Positions 9,216 to 20,787 of a stretch of DNA of 64,000 nucleotides are shown one piece after another. The notes beneath the pieces are model-generated. The model had not been told where the DNA came from and did no database searches. It saw nothing but the letters and a program-made list of their open reading frames with translations. The DNA is from Betaproteobacteria bacterium RIFCSPLOWO2_12_FULL_68_20 (GTDB lineage Bacteria > Pseudomonadota > Gammaproteobacteria > Burkholderiales > SG8-39). Position 1 is the first letter of the stretch; every line of letters begins with the position of its first letter. Made by a program: the position numbers and the translations under genes. Location of the stretch: assembly GCA_001770655.1 (NCBI GenBank), contig MERQ01000020.1:4272-68271 (forward strand), written 5' to 3'.

Positions 9216-10177
9216 GCGGCGCGCAGTTCCTGCATATAGGCGGACACGCCCTGCTCAACGGTCATGAATTCGCCCCCGAATCCCGCCTCGCGCAGGCGGC
9301 TCAGGTCCGCCTGCGTGAAGCTCTGGTATTTCTCCATCAGCCCCTCGGGAAAAGGGATGTACTCGATCAGCCCCTTCGCCGCCAGCTCGCGCGGCGCAAG
9401 GCGCGTGCCGCGCTCGGCGTTGATCACGGCGGCGGCGAGCTCGTTGAAGCTCTGCGCGCGGCCGGTGCCGCAGTTGAAGATGCCCGACACCCCGCGGTGC
9501 TCCAGCAGCCAGAGGTTGACCGCCACGGCGTCGTCGACGTGGATGAAGTCGCGCCGCTGCTCGCCGTCGCCGTAACCGCCAGAGCCCCTGAACAGCCTCA
9601 CCTTTCCCGTCTCGCGCAGCTGCCGACGCGCCTGGAACGCCATCGACGCCATGGCGCCCTTGTGCGCCTCGTCAGGTCCGTAGACGTTGAAATATCTCAG
9701 CCCGGCGAGCTGCGCGCCCGCCTGCGGCAGGCGGCGCCGCACTTCCTGGTCGAACAGCAGCTTCGATTCTCCGTACACGTTGAGCGGGCGCTCGCACTGC
9801 GGCTCCTCGCGGAACTCGCCGCTGCCGCCGTAGACCGCCGCCGACGAAGCGTAGATCAGCGGCACGCGCGCCGACTGGCACCTGTCGAGCAGGCGCCGCG
9901 AGAACTCGAAGTTGCTTTCCATCATCAGGCGCCGGTCGTGCACCATGGTATTGGTGCAGGCGCCTTCGTGGAACACGGCTTCCAGTGCGCCGTCGAACCG
10001 CTCGAGGAATTCGTCGTGGCGCAGGTAGTCGCGGATCCGCATCCCGGTCAGGTTGCGTAGCTCTCCGCCCGCCGGGAGGTTGTCGACGGCGATGATGTCG
10101 GCGATGCCGCGGCGGTTGAGCGCCGCGACAAGCCTGGAGCCGATGAACCCGGCGGCGCCGGTGACCACGTAGTACAT
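9212..10177 (-). CDS. rfaD: ADP-L-glycero-D-manno-heptose 6-epimerase
   Basis: VTGAAGFIGS, YASSAAVYG, PLNVYGESK, LRYFNVYGP and KYQSFTQAD. Confidence 0.93.
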   Translation of the reverse strand: MYYVVTGAAGFIGSRLVAALNRRGIADIIAVDNLPAGGELRNLTGMRIRDYLRHDEFLERFDGALEAVFHEGACTNTMVHDRRLMMESNFEFSRRLLDRCQSARVPLIYASSAAVYGGSGEFREEPQCERPLNVYGESKLLFDQEVRRRLPQAGAQLAGLRYFNVYGPDEAHKGAMASMAFQARRQLRETGKVRLFRGSGGYGDGEQRRDFIHVDDAVAVNLWLLEHRGVSGIFNCGTGRAQSFNELAAAVINAERGTRLAPRELAAKGLIEYIPFPEGLMEKYQSFTQADLSRLREAGFGGEFMTVEQGVSAYMQELRAA

Positions 10178-10183
10178 GGCCCA

Positions 10184-11110
10184 CTAGCCCCCGAACAGTT
10201 CCTGCCGCGTGACGACCGCGGTGCCGAACTTCTCCACCGCGATGCCGCCGGCGCGGTTCGCCAGGCGCACCGCGGCCTCCAGCGGCTCTCCGCAGGCGAG
10301 CATCACCGCGAGCGTCGCGATCACCGTGTCGCCCGCGCCGCTCACGTCGAACACCTCGCGCTTCTCCGCCTTGACGCGCAGCACGCGGCTGCGCCGGAAA
10401 AGCGTCATTCCCAGCTCGCCGCGGGTCAGCAGCAGCGCCTCCAGGCCCAGGCTCCCGCGCAGGCGCTGCGCGCGCGCCTCGAGGTCCTTCTCGCCCTTCC
10501 AGCCGCCGACCACGCCGCGCAGCTCGGCGAGGTTGGGCGTCACCACGCTCGCGCCCTTGTAGCGCGAGTAGTCCTCGCCCTTGGGGTCCACCAGCACGCG
10601 CTTTCCGGCCGCGCGCGCGAGCCGGATCATCCGCGCGATGTGCGCGAGGCCCCCCTTGCCGTAGTCGGAGAGCACCACCACGTCGCACTGCGGAAGCGCG
10701 GCCTCGAACTCGGCGAGCTTCGAGGCGAGCACCTCGCGCGAGGGCGGGGTCTCGAAGTCGATGCGCAGCAGCTGCTGCTGGCGGCCGATGACGCGCAGCT
10801 TCTGCGTGGTGCGGATCGAGCGGTCGCGGTGCAGGCTCGCGCGCACGCCGGCCTGCCTGACCAGGCGCGCGAGCCGCGTTCCCGGGCCGTCGCGCCCGAT
10901 GACCGAGAGCAGTTGAGTGCGCGCCCCAAGCGCCGCGCAGTTGCGTGCGACGTTCGCCGCGCCGCCCGGCCGCTCCTCTTCGCGCTCGACCAGCAATACG
11001 GGAACGGGAGCCTCGGGCGAGATGCGCGCGGCGTCGCCGAACCAGTAGCGGTCGAGCATCACGTCCCCGACCACCAGCACCCGTGCCGCGGAGGTATCCG
11101 GCACCTTCAC
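10184..11110 (-). CDS. rfaE1: D-glycero-beta-D-manno-heptose-7-phosphate kinase
   Basis: [23 protein letters not shown] and DVSGAGDTV (PfkB family); no adenylyltransferase domain. Confidence 0.92.
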   Translation of the reverse strand: MKVPDTSAARVLVVGDVMLDRYWFGDAARISPEAPVPVLLVEREEERPGGAANVARNCAALGARTQLLSVIGRDGPGTRLARLVRQAGVRASLHRDRSIRTTQKLRVIGRQQQLLRIDFETPPSREVLASKLAEFEAALPQCDVVVLSDYGKGGLAHIARMIRLARAAGKRVLVDPKGEDYSRYKGASVVTPNLAELRGVVGGWKGEKDLEARAQRLRGSLGLEALLLTRGELGMTLFRRSRVLRVKAEKREVFDVSGAGDTVIATLAVMLACGEPLEAAVRLANRAGGIAVEKFGTAVVTRQELFGG

Positions 11111-12432
11111 GTCTTCCTTCCTATCGGGTGGTACTCGATTCCCTGGGCGCGCATCGCAGCCGGATCGTACAGGTTGCGCCCGTCGAAGACCGCCGGGGTC
11201 TTCAGGCGCGCCTTCAACGCGGCGAAGTCCGGGCTGCGGAACTCGCGCCACTCGGTGACGATCGCGAGCGCATCCGCCCCTTCCAGCGCGGCGAGCGCCG
11301 AAGCGGCGATCTCGACTTTCGGCTCGCCGGCGTAGAGGCGCCTCGCCCCGTCGCCCGCAGCCGGATCGTAGGCGCGCACCGCCGCGCCGGCGCCGAGGAG
11401 GTCGGCGATGAGGGTCCTCGCCGGCGCCTCGCGCAGGTCGTCCGTCTCCGGCTTGAACGCCAGGCCCCAGATCGCGAAGCGCCGCCCGGAGAGATCGGCG
11501 CCGAAGCGCGCGCGGATCTTTGCGCCGAGCACGTGCTTCTGCGCCTCGTTCACCTGCTCCACCGCGGCGAGCACCCTGAGCGGGCGGCCGGCCTCCGAGG
11601 CGATGCGCTGCAGCGCCTTCACGTCCTTGGGGAAGCACGAGCCGCCGAATCCCGCGCCCGCGTAGAGGAAGCGGCTGCCGATCCTCGGGTCCGCGCCGAT
11701 GCCGCGGCGCACCTGCTCGATGTCGGCGCCCAGCGTCTCGGCGAGGTTCGCCAGCTCGTTCATGAACGAGATGCGCGTGGCGAGCATCGAGTTCGCGGCG
11801 TACTTGGTGAGCTCGGCCGAGCGCGCGCCCATCACCATCATGCGCTCGCGGTTGCGCTGGAACGGCGCGTAGAGGCTTCGCAGCAGCGCGATCGCGCGCT
11901 CGTCGTCGGAGCCGACGATGATGCGCTCGGGGCGCATGAAGTCCTCGACCGCCGCGCCCTCCTTGAGGAATTCGGGGTTCGAGACCACCGCGAGCTCGAG
12001 CTCGACTCCGCGGCGGCGCATCTCTTCGCCTATCGCCTGGCGAATCCGGTCGGCCGTGCCGACCGGCACCGTCGACTTGGTCGCGACCACCTTGTACGAG
12101 CGCATGTGGCGCCCGATCGCGCGCGCCGCCTCGAGCACCTGCGTGACGTCCGCCGCGCCGTCCTCGCCGGGCGGCGTGCCGACCGCGATCAGCTGCAGCT
12201 CGCCGTGCGCCACGCTCGCCGCCACGTCGGTGGTGAACGCGAGCCTTCCGGCCGCGCGGTTGCGCGCGACGATCGGCTCCAGGCCCGGCTCGAAGATCGG
12301 GACGCGGCCCGCGGCGAGCGCCTCGATCTTCGTCGCGTCGAGATCGACGCAGAGCACGCGGTTTCCCGCGTCGGCGAGGCAGGCGCCGGTGACAAGCCCC
12401 ACGTAACCTGTTCCGACCACCGTGAGGTTCAT
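11107..12432 (-). CDS. ugd: UDP-glucose 6-dehydrogenase
   Basis: [16 protein letters not shown], catalytic [10 protein letters not shown] and [10 protein letters not shown]. Confidence 0.93.
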   Translation of the reverse strand: MNLTVVGTGYVGLVTGACLADAGNRVLCVDLDATKIEALAAGRVPIFEPGLEPIVARNRAAGRLAFTTDVAASVAHGELQLIAVGTPPGEDGAADVTQVLEAARAIGRHMRSYKVVATKSTVPVGTADRIRQAIGEEMRRRGVELELAVVSNPEFLKEGAAVEDFMRPERIIVGSDDERAIALLRSLYAPFQRNRERMMVMGARSAELTKYAANSMLATRISFMNELANLAETLGADIEQVRRGIGADPRIGSRFLYAGAGFGGSCFPKDVKALQRIASEAGRPLRVLAAVEQVNEAQKHVLGAKIRARFGADLSGRRFAIWGLAFKPETDDLREAPARTLIADLLGAGAAVRAYDPAAGDGARRLYAGEPKVEIAASALAALEGADALAIVTEWREFRSPDFAALKARLKTPAVFDGRNLYDPAAMRAQGIEYHPIGRKT

Positions 12433-13607
12433 GGCGCGAGGTCGAACTCCTCGGTGCGCCGCGGCGGGTAGGTCTCCCAGCCGCCGCAGGCCGGGCAGCG
12501 CCAGTGGAACTGGCGCGCCTTGAAGCCGCAGCTCTCGCAGCGGTAGCGGGCGAGGCGCCGCGTGTGGCCGTGCACGAGATTGCGCACCAGCTCCAGGTCG
12601 CGCCTGCGCTCGGGCGATGCCGCCCCGATGATCTGCGCCTCGAGCAGCCGGTCCAGGCCGAGCAGCGTCGGGTTGCGCCGCAGCTCGTCGCGCACCAGCT
12701 TGTAGGCGACCTCGACGCCCTTCGCCTCGAGCGTCTGCTGGAACACCGTGTCGAGCAGATCGAGCGACGGGTAGCGCTCGAGGTAGCCGGCCAGCAGCGT
12801 CAGGCCCTCCTCGGGGCGCCCCACGTCGCGGTAGGCCTCGAGCAGGCGCTGCGCCGCGAGCGCGAGGTACGAGGCGTCCTGCGACTCGATCCTCTTCCAG
12901 TGCTCGATCGCGCGCTCCAGCTTGCCCGCCGCGCGCTCGAGGTCGCCGAGCTGCAGGCTGGCGCGCACGCACTTGCGGTTCGCCTCCAGCGCCTCCTCCA
13001 GGTGCCGGCGCGCCGCGTCCGGTCGCGAATGCGTCGCCTCGGTCGAGGCGAGCTCGCACAGGTACTGCGCGACGCCGCGGCCGCGGGATTCGCCGGATTC
13101 GGCGGCGAGGCGCTTCGCCATGTCGGTGGCGCGGTCCCACTCCTTTTCCTGCTCGTAGATCTCGAGCAGGCGCCGCCGCGCCAGCGCGGCGCTGGGGCCC
13201 TCGGCGAGCCGCGCGAATACGTCCTCCGCGCGGTCGAGGATGCCGGCCTTGAGGTAGTCCTCGCCCAGCGCGGCGAGCGCGGCGAGCTTCTGCTCGGCGC
13301 CGAGGTCGGCGCGCTCGAACAGGTTCTGGTGCATGCGGATCGCGCGGTCGTACTCGCCGCGGCGCCGGAACAGGCTCCCCAGCGCGAAGTGCAGCTCGAT
13401 GGTCTCGGGGTCGATCCTCACCACCTCGATGAAGGCCTCGATCGCCTTGTCCGGCTGCTCGTTGAGCAGGAAATTGAGCCCCTTGAAGTACGAGCGCGGC
13501 AGCGCGCGCGATTCACGCACCAGCTGCCGGATGTCGATGCGCGCCGCCGCCCATCCCAGGCCGAAGAACAGCGGAAATCCCAGCAGCCACCAGTACTCGA
13601 ATTCCAT
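12429..13607 (-). CDS. lapB: Lipopolysaccharide assembly protein B
   Basis: [20 protein letters not shown] helices, and a C-terminal rubredoxin motif (CESCG...CPACGGW). Confidence 0.93.
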   Translation of the reverse strand: MEFEYWWLLGFPLFFGLGWAAARIDIRQLVRESRALPRSYFKGLNFLLNEQPDKAIEAFIEVVRIDPETIELHFALGSLFRRRGEYDRAIRMHQNLFERADLGAEQKLAALAALGEDYLKAGILDRAEDVFARLAEGPSAALARRRLLEIYEQEKEWDRATDMAKRLAAESGESRGRGVAQYLCELASTEATHSRPDAARRHLEEALEANRKCVRASLQLGDLERAAGKLERAIEHWKRIESQDASYLALAAQRLLEAYRDVGRPEEGLTLLAGYLERYPSLDLLDTVFQQTLEAKGVEVAYKLVRDELRRNPTLLGLDRLLEAQIIGAASPERRRDLELVRNLVHGHTRRLARYRCESCGFKARQFHWRCPACGGWETYPPRRTEEFDLAP

Positions 13608-13611
13608 GGCG

Positions 13612-13890
13612 CTAGAGATCCGGCACCTGGGGCGGCGCCGGCGCGGCGCCCGATGGCGTTTCGCGCTTCAGGCGCGCGATCTCGCGCCGCTGGCGCAGCA
13701 GGGTCGCGAGCACGGCCATCAAACCGACCGCGGCGCCGGCGGCGAAGGCCGCGAACAGCGCCACCACCAGCGGTGTCTGGATCGCGAGGTCGAAGAAGAA
13801 ACGCAGGGTGACCGGGTCGGCGTTCCTGGCCGCCAGCGCGAGCAGGAACAGGAACACGGCGATCCGGATGGTCCAGCTGGCGATGCGCAT
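13612..13890 (-). CDS. lapA: Lipopolysaccharide assembly protein A
   Basis: Small two-TM protein with NADPVTLRFF, located between ihfB and lapB. Confidence 0.8.
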   Translation of the reverse strand: MRIASWTIRIAVFLFLLALAARNADPVTLRFFFDLAIQTPLVVALFAAFAAGAAVGLMAVLATLLRQRREIARLKRETPSGAAPAPPQVPDL

Positions 13891-13934
13891 GTCAGGCGAT
13901 CCGGGCGCGGGCGCCGCTCACCCCCGCATCCGGC

Positions 13935-14264
<330 letters not shown>

Positions 14265-14301
14265 GGCGGAACTTCCCCCTTTTCGTGCGCTCGGGCCCCG
14301 C

Positions 14302-16032
14302 CTATTCCTGCGGGTCGGGATTGCCCTTGTCGAGCTTGGCGCGCAGCAGCGCGCCGAGATTGGTCGCTCCCGCGCTCGCCGCCGCCTGCTCGGTGCGCAG
14401 CTGCTTCATCGCGTCGGTCTCCTCTACGAGGTCCTTCGCCTTCACCGACAGGTTGATGGAGCGGTTCTTGCGGTCGACGTTGATGATCATGGCCTGCACC
14501 GCGTCGCCCTCCTTGAGGTGCTTGGCGAGATCCTCCACGCGGTCGCGCGAGAACTCGGAGGCGCGCAGATACCCTTCGACCTCGCCCGAGATCGCGATCA
14601 CGGCGCCCTTCGCGTCCACCGATTTCACGGTGCCGCTCACCACGCTGTTCTTCTCGTGGCTGGCGATGAAGTTGGTGAAGGGGTCGCCCTCGAGCTGCTT
14701 GACGCCGAGCGAGATGCGCTCGCGCTCGACGTCGATCGAGAGCACCACTGCCTCGACCTCCTCGCCCTTCTTGAAGTTCTTGACGGCCTCCTCGCCCGGC
14801 GCCGACCACGACAGGTCCGAGAGGTGCACCAGCCCGTCGATTGCGCCGGGCAGGCCGACGAACACGCCGAAGTCGGTGATCGACTTGATCTGGCCTTTTA
14901 CCCGGTCCCCCTTCTTGTACTCGCGCGCGAAGTCCTCCCACGGGTTGGGCTGGCACTGCTTCATGCCGAGCGAGATGCGGCGCCGCTCCTCGTCGATCTC
15001 GAGGATCATCACCTCGACCTCGTCGCCGACCTGCACCACCTTCGAGGGATGCACGTTCTTGTTGGTCCAGTCCATCTCGGAGACGTGCACCAGGCCCTCG
15101 ATGCCGGACTCGACCTCGACGAACGCGCCGTAATCGGTGAGGTTGGTCACTTTTCCGAACAGGCGCGTGCTCTGCGGGTAGCGGCGCGCGATGCCGACCC
15201 AGGGATCCTCGCCGAGCTGCTTCAGGCCGAGCGACACGCGGTTCTTCTCGGCGTCGAACTTGAGCACCTTGGCGGTCACCTCGTCGCCCACGTTGAGCAC
15301 TTCCGACGGGTGCTTCACGCGCCGCCACGCGAGATCGGTGATGTGCAGCAGCCCGTCGATCCCGCCCAGGTCGACGAACGCGCCGTAGTCGGTGATGTTC
15401 TTCACCACGCCCTTCACCACCGCGCCCTCCTGCAGCGTGGCGAGGAGCTGCTCGCGCTCGGCGCCCGCGGTCTCCTCGAGCACCGCGCGGCGCGACACGA
15501 CCACGTTGTTGCGCTTGCGGTCGAGCTTGATGACCTTGAACTCCATCTGCTTGCCCTCGTAGGGCGTGGTGTCCTTCACCGGGCGCAGGTCGACGAGCGA
15601 CCCCGGCAGGAAGGCGCGGATGCCGCGCGTCATGACGGTGAGGCCGCCTTTCACCTTGCCGGTGATGACGCCCTCGACCTTCTCGCCCTTCTCCAGAGCC
15701 TTCTCGAGATCGAGCCAGGCGGCCATGCGCTTCGCCTTGTCGCGCGACAGCCGCGTCGCGCCGAAGCCGTCCTCCAGCGCCTCGATGGATACGGAAACGA
15801 AATCGCCGGGCTTCACATCGACCTGGCCGGCGTCGTTGCGGAATTCCTCGATGGCGATGATGCTTTCGGACTTCAGCCCTGCGTTCACGACCACGAAGTT
15901 CTCGTCGACGCTCAGCACCTCGGCGGTGATGACTTCGCCGACGCGCATCTCCTTGCGGTTGAGACTCTCCTCGAACAGCGCCGCGAACGACTCGCTCGCG
16001 GGATCGGCGGCGGCGGGGGAAACGTTTGACAT
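14302..16032 (-). CDS. rpsA: 30S ribosomal protein S1
   Basis: [10 protein letters not shown] followed by six S1 repeats (e.g. [18 protein letters not shown]). Confidence 0.97.
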   Translation of the reverse strand: MSNVSPAAADPASESFAALFEESLNRKEMRVGEVITAEVLSVDENFVVVNAGLKSESIIAIEEFRNDAGQVDVKPGDFVSVSIEALEDGFGATRLSRDKAKRMAAWLDLEKALEKGEKVEGVITGKVKGGLTVMTRGIRAFLPGSLVDLRPVKDTTPYEGKQMEFKVIKLDRKRNNVVVSRRAVLEETAGAEREQLLATLQEGAVVKGVVKNITDYGAFVDLGGIDGLLHITDLAWRRVKHPSEVLNVGDEVTAKVLKFDAEKNRVSLGLKQLGEDPWVGIARRYPQSTRLFGKVTNLTDYGAFVEVESGIEGLVHVSEMDWTNKNVHPSKVVQVGDEVEVMILEIDEERRRISLGMKQCQPNPWEDFAREYKKGDRVKGQIKSITDFGVFVGLPGAIDGLVHLSDLSWSAPGEEAVKNFKKGEEVEAVVLSIDVERERISLGVKQLEGDPFTNFIASHEKNSVVSGTVKSVDAKGAVIAISGEVEGYLRASEFSRDRVEDLAKHLKEGDAVQAMIINVDRKNRSINLSVKAKDLVEETDAMKQLRTEQAAASAGATNLGALLRAKLDKGNPDPQE

Positions 16033-16100
16033 GAAGCGAAAAATCCTTTCAGGCCGCAGACTTGCGTGCTGCGGGTCAGGTTGAACACAAGGGCGGGACG

Positions 16101-16790
16101 TCAGCCCCGCCCACCCAGTTTCCTTTCCCTGCACCAGGCGACGATGCGCTCGGTGACGACTTCGATCGAAAGCGCCGAAGAATCCAGCACTTGCGAATCG
16201 CTCGCCGGAACGAGCGGCGCGACCGCCCGCTTGGCGTCGCGCCCATCCCGTTCCTCGAGGTCGCGGGAAAGGGCGCGAAGATTAGCACTGATTCCTTTTT
16301 CTTTCAACTGGTTATATCTTCGTTGAGCCCTGATTTCCGGGCTCGCTGTCAAGAACACCTTGAGGCTGGCATCCGGAAACACCACCGTACCCATGTCGCG
16401 GCCGTCGGCCACCAGCCCGGGCGCCCGCCTGAACCCCCTTTGGCGCTCCAGGAGCGCCTGGCGCACCTGAGCCAGACCCGCGACCTGCGAGGCGAGGATG
16501 CTGCAGCGCTCGCCGCGCGCCTCCCCGGTCACGTCCTCGCCGTCAAGAAAGATCGCCTCGCCCGCGAAGCGGAAATCGAGTCCGCGCGCGATCCCGGCGA
16601 GCCGCGGCTCGTCGCCGGGGGCGACGCCCGAGCGCAGCGAGGCGAGCGCGACCAGGCGGTAGAGCGCGCCGCTCTCCAGATAATGGAAGCCGAGCGCCTC
16701 GGCGACGCGCTTGGCGACCGTGCCTTTGCCGGAGGCCGAGGGGCCGTCGATGGCGACCACCGGCACGTTGGAAACCGCGGTGATCGTCAT
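16101..16790 (-). CDS. cmk: Cytidylate kinase
   Basis: [31 protein letters not shown] and RDGRDAKR. Confidence 0.95.
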   Translation of the reverse strand: MTITAVSNVPVVAIDGPSASGKGTVAKRVAEALGFHYLESGALYRLVALASLRSGVAPGDEPRLAGIARGLDFRFAGEAIFLDGEDVTGEARGERCSILASQVAGLAQVRQALLERQRGFRRAPGLVADGRDMGTVVFPDASLKVFLTASPEIRAQRRYNQLKEKGISANLRALSRDLEERDGRDAKRAVAPLVPASDSQVLDSSALSIEVVTERIVAWCRERKLGGRG

Positions 16791-16793
16791 CGG

Positions 16794-16815
16794 ATCAGAT
16801 AGTATCTGATAAACT
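16794..16815 (+). promoter_or_regulatory. Palindromic operator and -10 box of the toxin-antitoxin operon
   Basis: Perfect inverted repeat ATCAGATA-G-TATCTGAT (16794-16810) abuts TAAACT (16810-16815), which ends 6 nt before the antitoxin ATG. Confidence 0.6.
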
Positions 16816-16821
16816 GCCGCC

Positions 16822-17097
16822 ATGAAAACGCTGACCGTCACCGAAGTGGCCCGGAACTTCAGCGCCGTCCTGGACGGCGTCGAACGCGAGCAGGAGGAGG
16901 TGGTGCTGGTTCGCAACCGCCGGCAGATCGCGCGCCTGGTTCCGGAACCGCCCGCGCGCAACGCCCTCGAGGTCCTCGGTGACCTCTACCGGACGCTGGA
17001 CGACGGCACTGCCGACGCGCTCGCCTCGGCCATCCACGGCAGGAAGAAGGGCAAACGCGGAACGCTCGGCGAGTTGCGCGATCCATGGGCTTCCTGA
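16822..17097 (+). CDS. Phd/YefM family antitoxin
   Basis: [20 protein letters not shown]...[17 protein letters not shown]; overlaps the downstream PIN-domain gene. Confidence 0.85.
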   Translation: MKTLTVTEVARNFSAVLDGVEREQEEVVLVRNRRQIARLVPEPPARNALEVLGDLYRTLDDGTADALASAIHGRKKGKRGTLGELRDPWAS

Positions 17098-17504
17098 TCG
17101 ATACCAACCTGTGGATCGCCGTCGAGCGGGGACGACTCGGCGCCGCCGACATTCACGCCGTTACCGGCCCGTCCCCGGTCTATCTCTCGCCGGTCAACCT
17201 CGCGGAGATTCGCTTCGGCATCGAACTGATGACCGACACAAAGCAGAAACAGAGAGCCATCGCCATGCTTCGCCGCATGCGACGCAAGCCGCTCCTGCGC
17301 ATCGGCGGCGCAACCGCCGAGATTTTCGGCGCCCTCGCCGCCGGATTGGCAAAAGCCGGCCGCGGTCACGATTTCCGCGTTCAGGATCTCTGGCTCGCCG
17401 CCCAGGCGATCGAGCGCAAGTTCACGCTGTTGACTGCCAACGCGAAGGATTTCAAGGACGTGCCGGGGCTGAAGCTCATGGGCGTCAGTGTCCCAAGTCC
17501 TTAG
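17085..17504 (+). CDS. vapC: VapC family PIN-domain toxin
   Basis: [21 protein letters not shown] and LLTANAKDF supply the PIN acidic residues. Confidence 0.88.
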   Translation: MGFLIDTNLWIAVERGRLGAADIHAVTGPSPVYLSPVNLAEIRFGIELMTDTKQKQRAIAMLRRMRRKPLLRIGGATAEIFGALAAGLAKAGRGHDFRVQDLWLAAQAIERKFTLLTANAKDFKDVPGLKLMGVSVPSP

Positions 17505-18781
17505 CGCACGATCGAAGCGAACGCCGCGAAGTAGTCCGGATACGTTTTCGCGACGCATTTCGGATCGTTGATCGTCACGGCGACGCCGCCGAGCGCGGCG
17601 AGCGAGAAGCTCATCGCCATTCGGTGATCGTCGTAGGTGTCGATTGAAACGCCGGGAGTAAAGGTCTTGGGAGGATCGATTCGAATCCAATCGGCACCTT
17701 CCTCCACCTGCGCCCCCAGTTTCCGCAGTTCCCTCGCCATCGCGGCGATACGGTCGGTCTCCTTGACGCGCCAGCTCGCGATGTTGCGGATGGTGCTCGG
17801 CCCGCCGGCAAAAAGGGCCAGCACCGCTGCGGCCATCGCCGCGTCGGGAATGTGGTTGAGATCCATGTCGATCGGACGGAGCGTGCCGTTCGCCGAAGAG
17901 CATTCGATCCAGTCCTCGCCGAGCGCGACTCTCGCTCCCATGCGCTCCAGAACCTCCGTGAAGCGCACGTCGCCCTGGATGCTGTCGCGCCCGACGCCCT
18001 CGACGCGCACCGGCCCGCCGCCGATCGCGCCGGCGGCGAGGAAGTAGGACGCGGACGAGGCGTCGCCTTCGACGAAGATCCTTCCCGGGGAGACGTACCT
18101 GCCTTCCGGAACCTCGAACATCGTCCAGTCGTGACGCGGGACCTCGACGCCGAAGCGGCGCATGACGTTCAGCGTGATCTCGACGTAAGGTTTGGAAATC
18201 AATTCGCCTTGCACTTCGACGCTCGAGCGTTTTCCGCACAGCGGCAGCGCCATCAGGAGCGCCGTAAGGAATTGGGACGAAACCTCCCCTCTTACCTTCA
18301 CCGATTTCTCCAAATGAATCTGCGCCGGGTGAACGACCAGCGGCGGATAGCCCTCGGCGCCGGCATAGTCGATCCTCGCGCCGATGCCGCGCAACGCGTC
18401 GACCAGGTCGGCGATGGGCCGCTCGTGCATGCGCGGCACGCCCGAGAGCCGGTATTCGCCCGACGAGAGCGCGAGCGCCGCGACAAGCGGGCGCAATGCG
18501 GTTCCAGCGTTGCCGAGGAAAAGATCCGCCTTTTTCGCGGCGAACGGACCGCAGGCGCCCGTGATCACGAATCTACCGTCGCGCCTTTGCCAGGATATGC
18601 CGAGACGCGAAAGCGAATCCAGCATCACCCTGGTGTCGTCGGCGTCGAGCAGCCCGCGCACCTCGGTCTCGCCCGAAGCGAGCGAGGCGAGCAGCAGCAC
18701 GCGGTTCGAGATGCTCTTCGAGCCGGGCAGCCGCACCGTGCCGGCTGCGCGGCGGATCGGCTTCAGCTCGAGAAAATCCAT
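17501..18781 (-). CDS. aroA: 3-phosphoshikimate 1-carboxyvinyltransferase
   Basis: [35 protein letters not shown] and YDDHRMAM. Confidence 0.96.
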   Translation of the reverse strand: MDFLELKPIRRAAGTVRLPGSKSISNRVLLLASLASGETEVRGLLDADDTRVMLDSLSRLGISWQRRDGRFVITGACGPFAAKKADLFLGNAGTALRPLVAALALSSGEYRLSGVPRMHERPIADLVDALRGIGARIDYAGAEGYPPLVVHPAQIHLEKSVKVRGEVSSQFLTALLMALPLCGKRSSVEVQGELISKPYVEITLNVMRRFGVEVPRHDWTMFEVPEGRYVSPGRIFVEGDASSASYFLAAGAIGGGPVRVEGVGRDSIQGDVRFTEVLERMGARVALGEDWIECSSANGTLRPIDMDLNHIPDAAMAAAVLALFAGGPSTIRNIASWRVKETDRIAAMARELRKLGAQVEEGADWIRIDPPKTFTPGVSIDTYDDHRMAMSFSLAALGGVAVTINDPKCVAKTYPDYFAAFASIVR

Positions 18782-18791
18782 CGCACGCCCC

Positions 18792-19673
18792 TCAAGCGTC
18801 GTATTCGCCCTCCAGCCAGCGGCCGCGCGCCGCGCGCGCCTCGGCGAACAGGCGCTCCAGCGCCCCGGCGTCGCCCGCCTGGAGCAGGCCCCGCACCGAC
18901 TCGAGCTTCGCCGCGAAGCGCGCCAGCTCGGCGAGCAGCCGGTCGCGGTTCGCCACGCAGATGTCGCGCCACATCTCGGGATGGCTGGAGGCGATGCGCG
19001 TGAAGTCGCGGAACCCGCCGGCCGCGTACGAGAACAGCTGCGCCGAGTTCTCCCGGCCCGCCAGCTCGTGCACCAGCGCGTAGGCGAGCAGATGCGGCAG
19101 GTGGCTCACCGCCGCGAACACCGCGTCGTGCTCCTCGGGCTCCATGCGCGCGATTTTCGCGCCGCACGCCTGCCAGGCGCCGCTCACGCGCTCGACGGCG
19201 GCCGGGGCATTTTCGGCAAGCGGCACCAGCACCACGCGCCGGCCGCGAAACAGCTGGGCGCTCGCGGCGGCCACCCCGGAATGCTCGCCGCCGGCGATCG
19301 GGTGGGCGGGGACGAGCTGCCGGAGCTTCTCTCCCAGGGCGGCGCGCGCCGCCGCCACCACGCCGCACTTGGTGCTGCCCGCGTCGGTGACGAGCGCGTC
19401 GGCGCCCAGCGCCGGCGCGATCGATGCGAATACCTTGCCTGCCTGCGCGACCGGCGTCGCCACCAGGATCAGGTCCGCGCCGCGCGCCGCCGCGGCAGGA
19501 TCCGTTTCGCTCGAATCGACGACGCCGCGCTCGAGCGCGAGCCTGACGTTGCGCGGATCGCGCCCGACGCCCACGACATGGGAGCAGGCGCGGGCCTGCT
19601 TCAGGGCGAGCGCGAACGAGCCCCCGATCAGTCCGACGCCGATCACCGCGACCCGCTCGAAGCGCGGCGTCAT
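18792..19673 (-). CDS. tyrA: Prephenate/arogenate dehydrogenase
   Basis: [24 protein letters not shown] and [10 protein letters not shown]. Confidence 0.88.
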   Translation of the reverse strand: MTPRFERVAVIGVGLIGGSFALALKQARACSHVVGVGRDPRNVRLALERGVVDSSETDPAAAARGADLILVATPVAQAGKVFASIAPALGADALVTDAGSTKCGVVAAARAALGEKLRQLVPAHPIAGGEHSGVAAASAQLFRGRRVVLVPLAENAPAAVERVSGAWQACGAKIARMEPEEHDAVFAAVSHLPHLLAYALVHELAGRENSAQLFSYAAGGFRDFTRIASSHPEMWRDICVANRDRLLAELARFAAKLESVRGLLQAGDAGALERLFAEARAARGRWLEGEYDA

Positions 19674-20773
19674 TCCTTCAGGCTCGCGGCGAGCGCGGAG
19701 AGGAACTTGTCGTTTTCTTGCGTCGTGCCGACGGTGACGCGCAGGTGCTCGGGCAGGCCGTAGCCGCCGCCGACCGGCCGCACGATCACTGCGCGGCGCA
19801 ACAAGCGCTTGTAGATCTCCGGCGCCTTGCCGACGCGCATGGTGAGGAAATTGCCGAAGGACGAGATGTATTCAAGGCCGAGCCGTTTCGCGCCTTCCTC
19901 GAGCTGCGCCAGACCCTGCAGGTTCTCGGCGTAGCTCCTGGCCACGAATTCCATGTCGTCGAGCGCGGCGGCCGCGGCGGCGAGCGCGATCGAGTTGACG
20001 TTGAACGGCTGCCTGACGCGGTTCATCACGTCGGCCACCGTGGCGTGGGCAAGCGCGTAGCCCACCCTCAGCCCGGCCAGTCCGTAGGCCTTGGAGAAGG
20101 TGCGCGTGATGACCAGATTGGGATGGCGCTTGAGCCATTTCACCGAGTCGAACCTGCGCTCCGGGGTCAGGTATTCGTTGTACGCCTCGTCGAGCACGAC
20201 GATCACGCGCTCCGGGACGCGCTTGAGCAGCGCCTCGAGCTCGTGCGGCATGGCGTGCGTGCCGGTCGGATTGTTCGGATTGGCGATCCACAGGACGCTG
20301 GTCTCCTGGTCCACCGCTTTGGCCATCGCCGGGAGGTCGTGCGCGTAGTCCCGCGCCGGAACCACGATGGCGCGCGCGCCGCGCGCCTGCGTGGCGAGCG
20401 GATAGACCGTGAACGCGTGCTGCGAGTAAACGGCGGCGCGGCCCGGCCCGAGAAAGGCGAGCGACGCGAGCTCGAGCACGTCGTTCGAGCCGTTGCCGAG
20501 CACGATCGAGGACACGTCCACGCCGTAGCGCCCGGCGAGCGCGCGCTTGAGCTCGTAGCCGTTGCCGTCGGGATAGCGCGGCACGTCGGCGATCGCCGCC
20601 TCGATCGCCGCGCGCGTGCGCGGGCCGATGCCGCGCGGGTTCTCGTTCGAGGCGAGCTTGACGATGCCCTCCTCCTTCAGGCCCAGCTCGCGCGCCAGCT
20701 CCGAGATCGGCTTTCCCGGCTGGTAGGGCGCGATCGAGCGCACGTACGACGGGGAAAGCTCGCACAGATCCAT
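19670..20773 (-). CDS. hisC: Histidinol-phosphate aminotransferase
   Basis: YQPGKPI, KLASNENP, NPNNPTG, DEAY and RTFSKAYGLAGLRVGY. Alternative ATG at 20779. Confidence 0.93.
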   Translation of the reverse strand: MDLCELSPSYVRSIAPYQPGKPISELARELGLKEEGIVKLASNENPRGIGPRTRAAIEAAIADVPRYPDGNGYELKRALAGRYGVDVSSIVLGNGSNDVLELASLAFLGPGRAAVYSQHAFTVYPLATQARGARAIVVPARDYAHDLPAMAKAVDQETSVLWIANPNNPTGTHAMPHELEALLKRVPERVIVVLDEAYNEYLTPERRFDSVKWLKRHPNLVITRTFSKAYGLAGLRVGYALAHATVADVMNRVRQPFNVNSIALAAAAAALDDMEFVARSYAENLQGLAQLEEGAKRLGLEYISSFGNFLTMRVGKAPEIYKRLLRRAVIVRPVGGGYGLPEHLRVTVGTTQENDKFLSALAASLKE

Positions 20774-20787
20774 CAGCATGGCGGGCT

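Noticed and set aside
17501-18781. aroA looks slightly richer in A/T-ending codons than its neighbours (possible co-transfer with vapBC)
   Set aside because: This is an impression only. It needs a codon-usage calculation and a gene tree.
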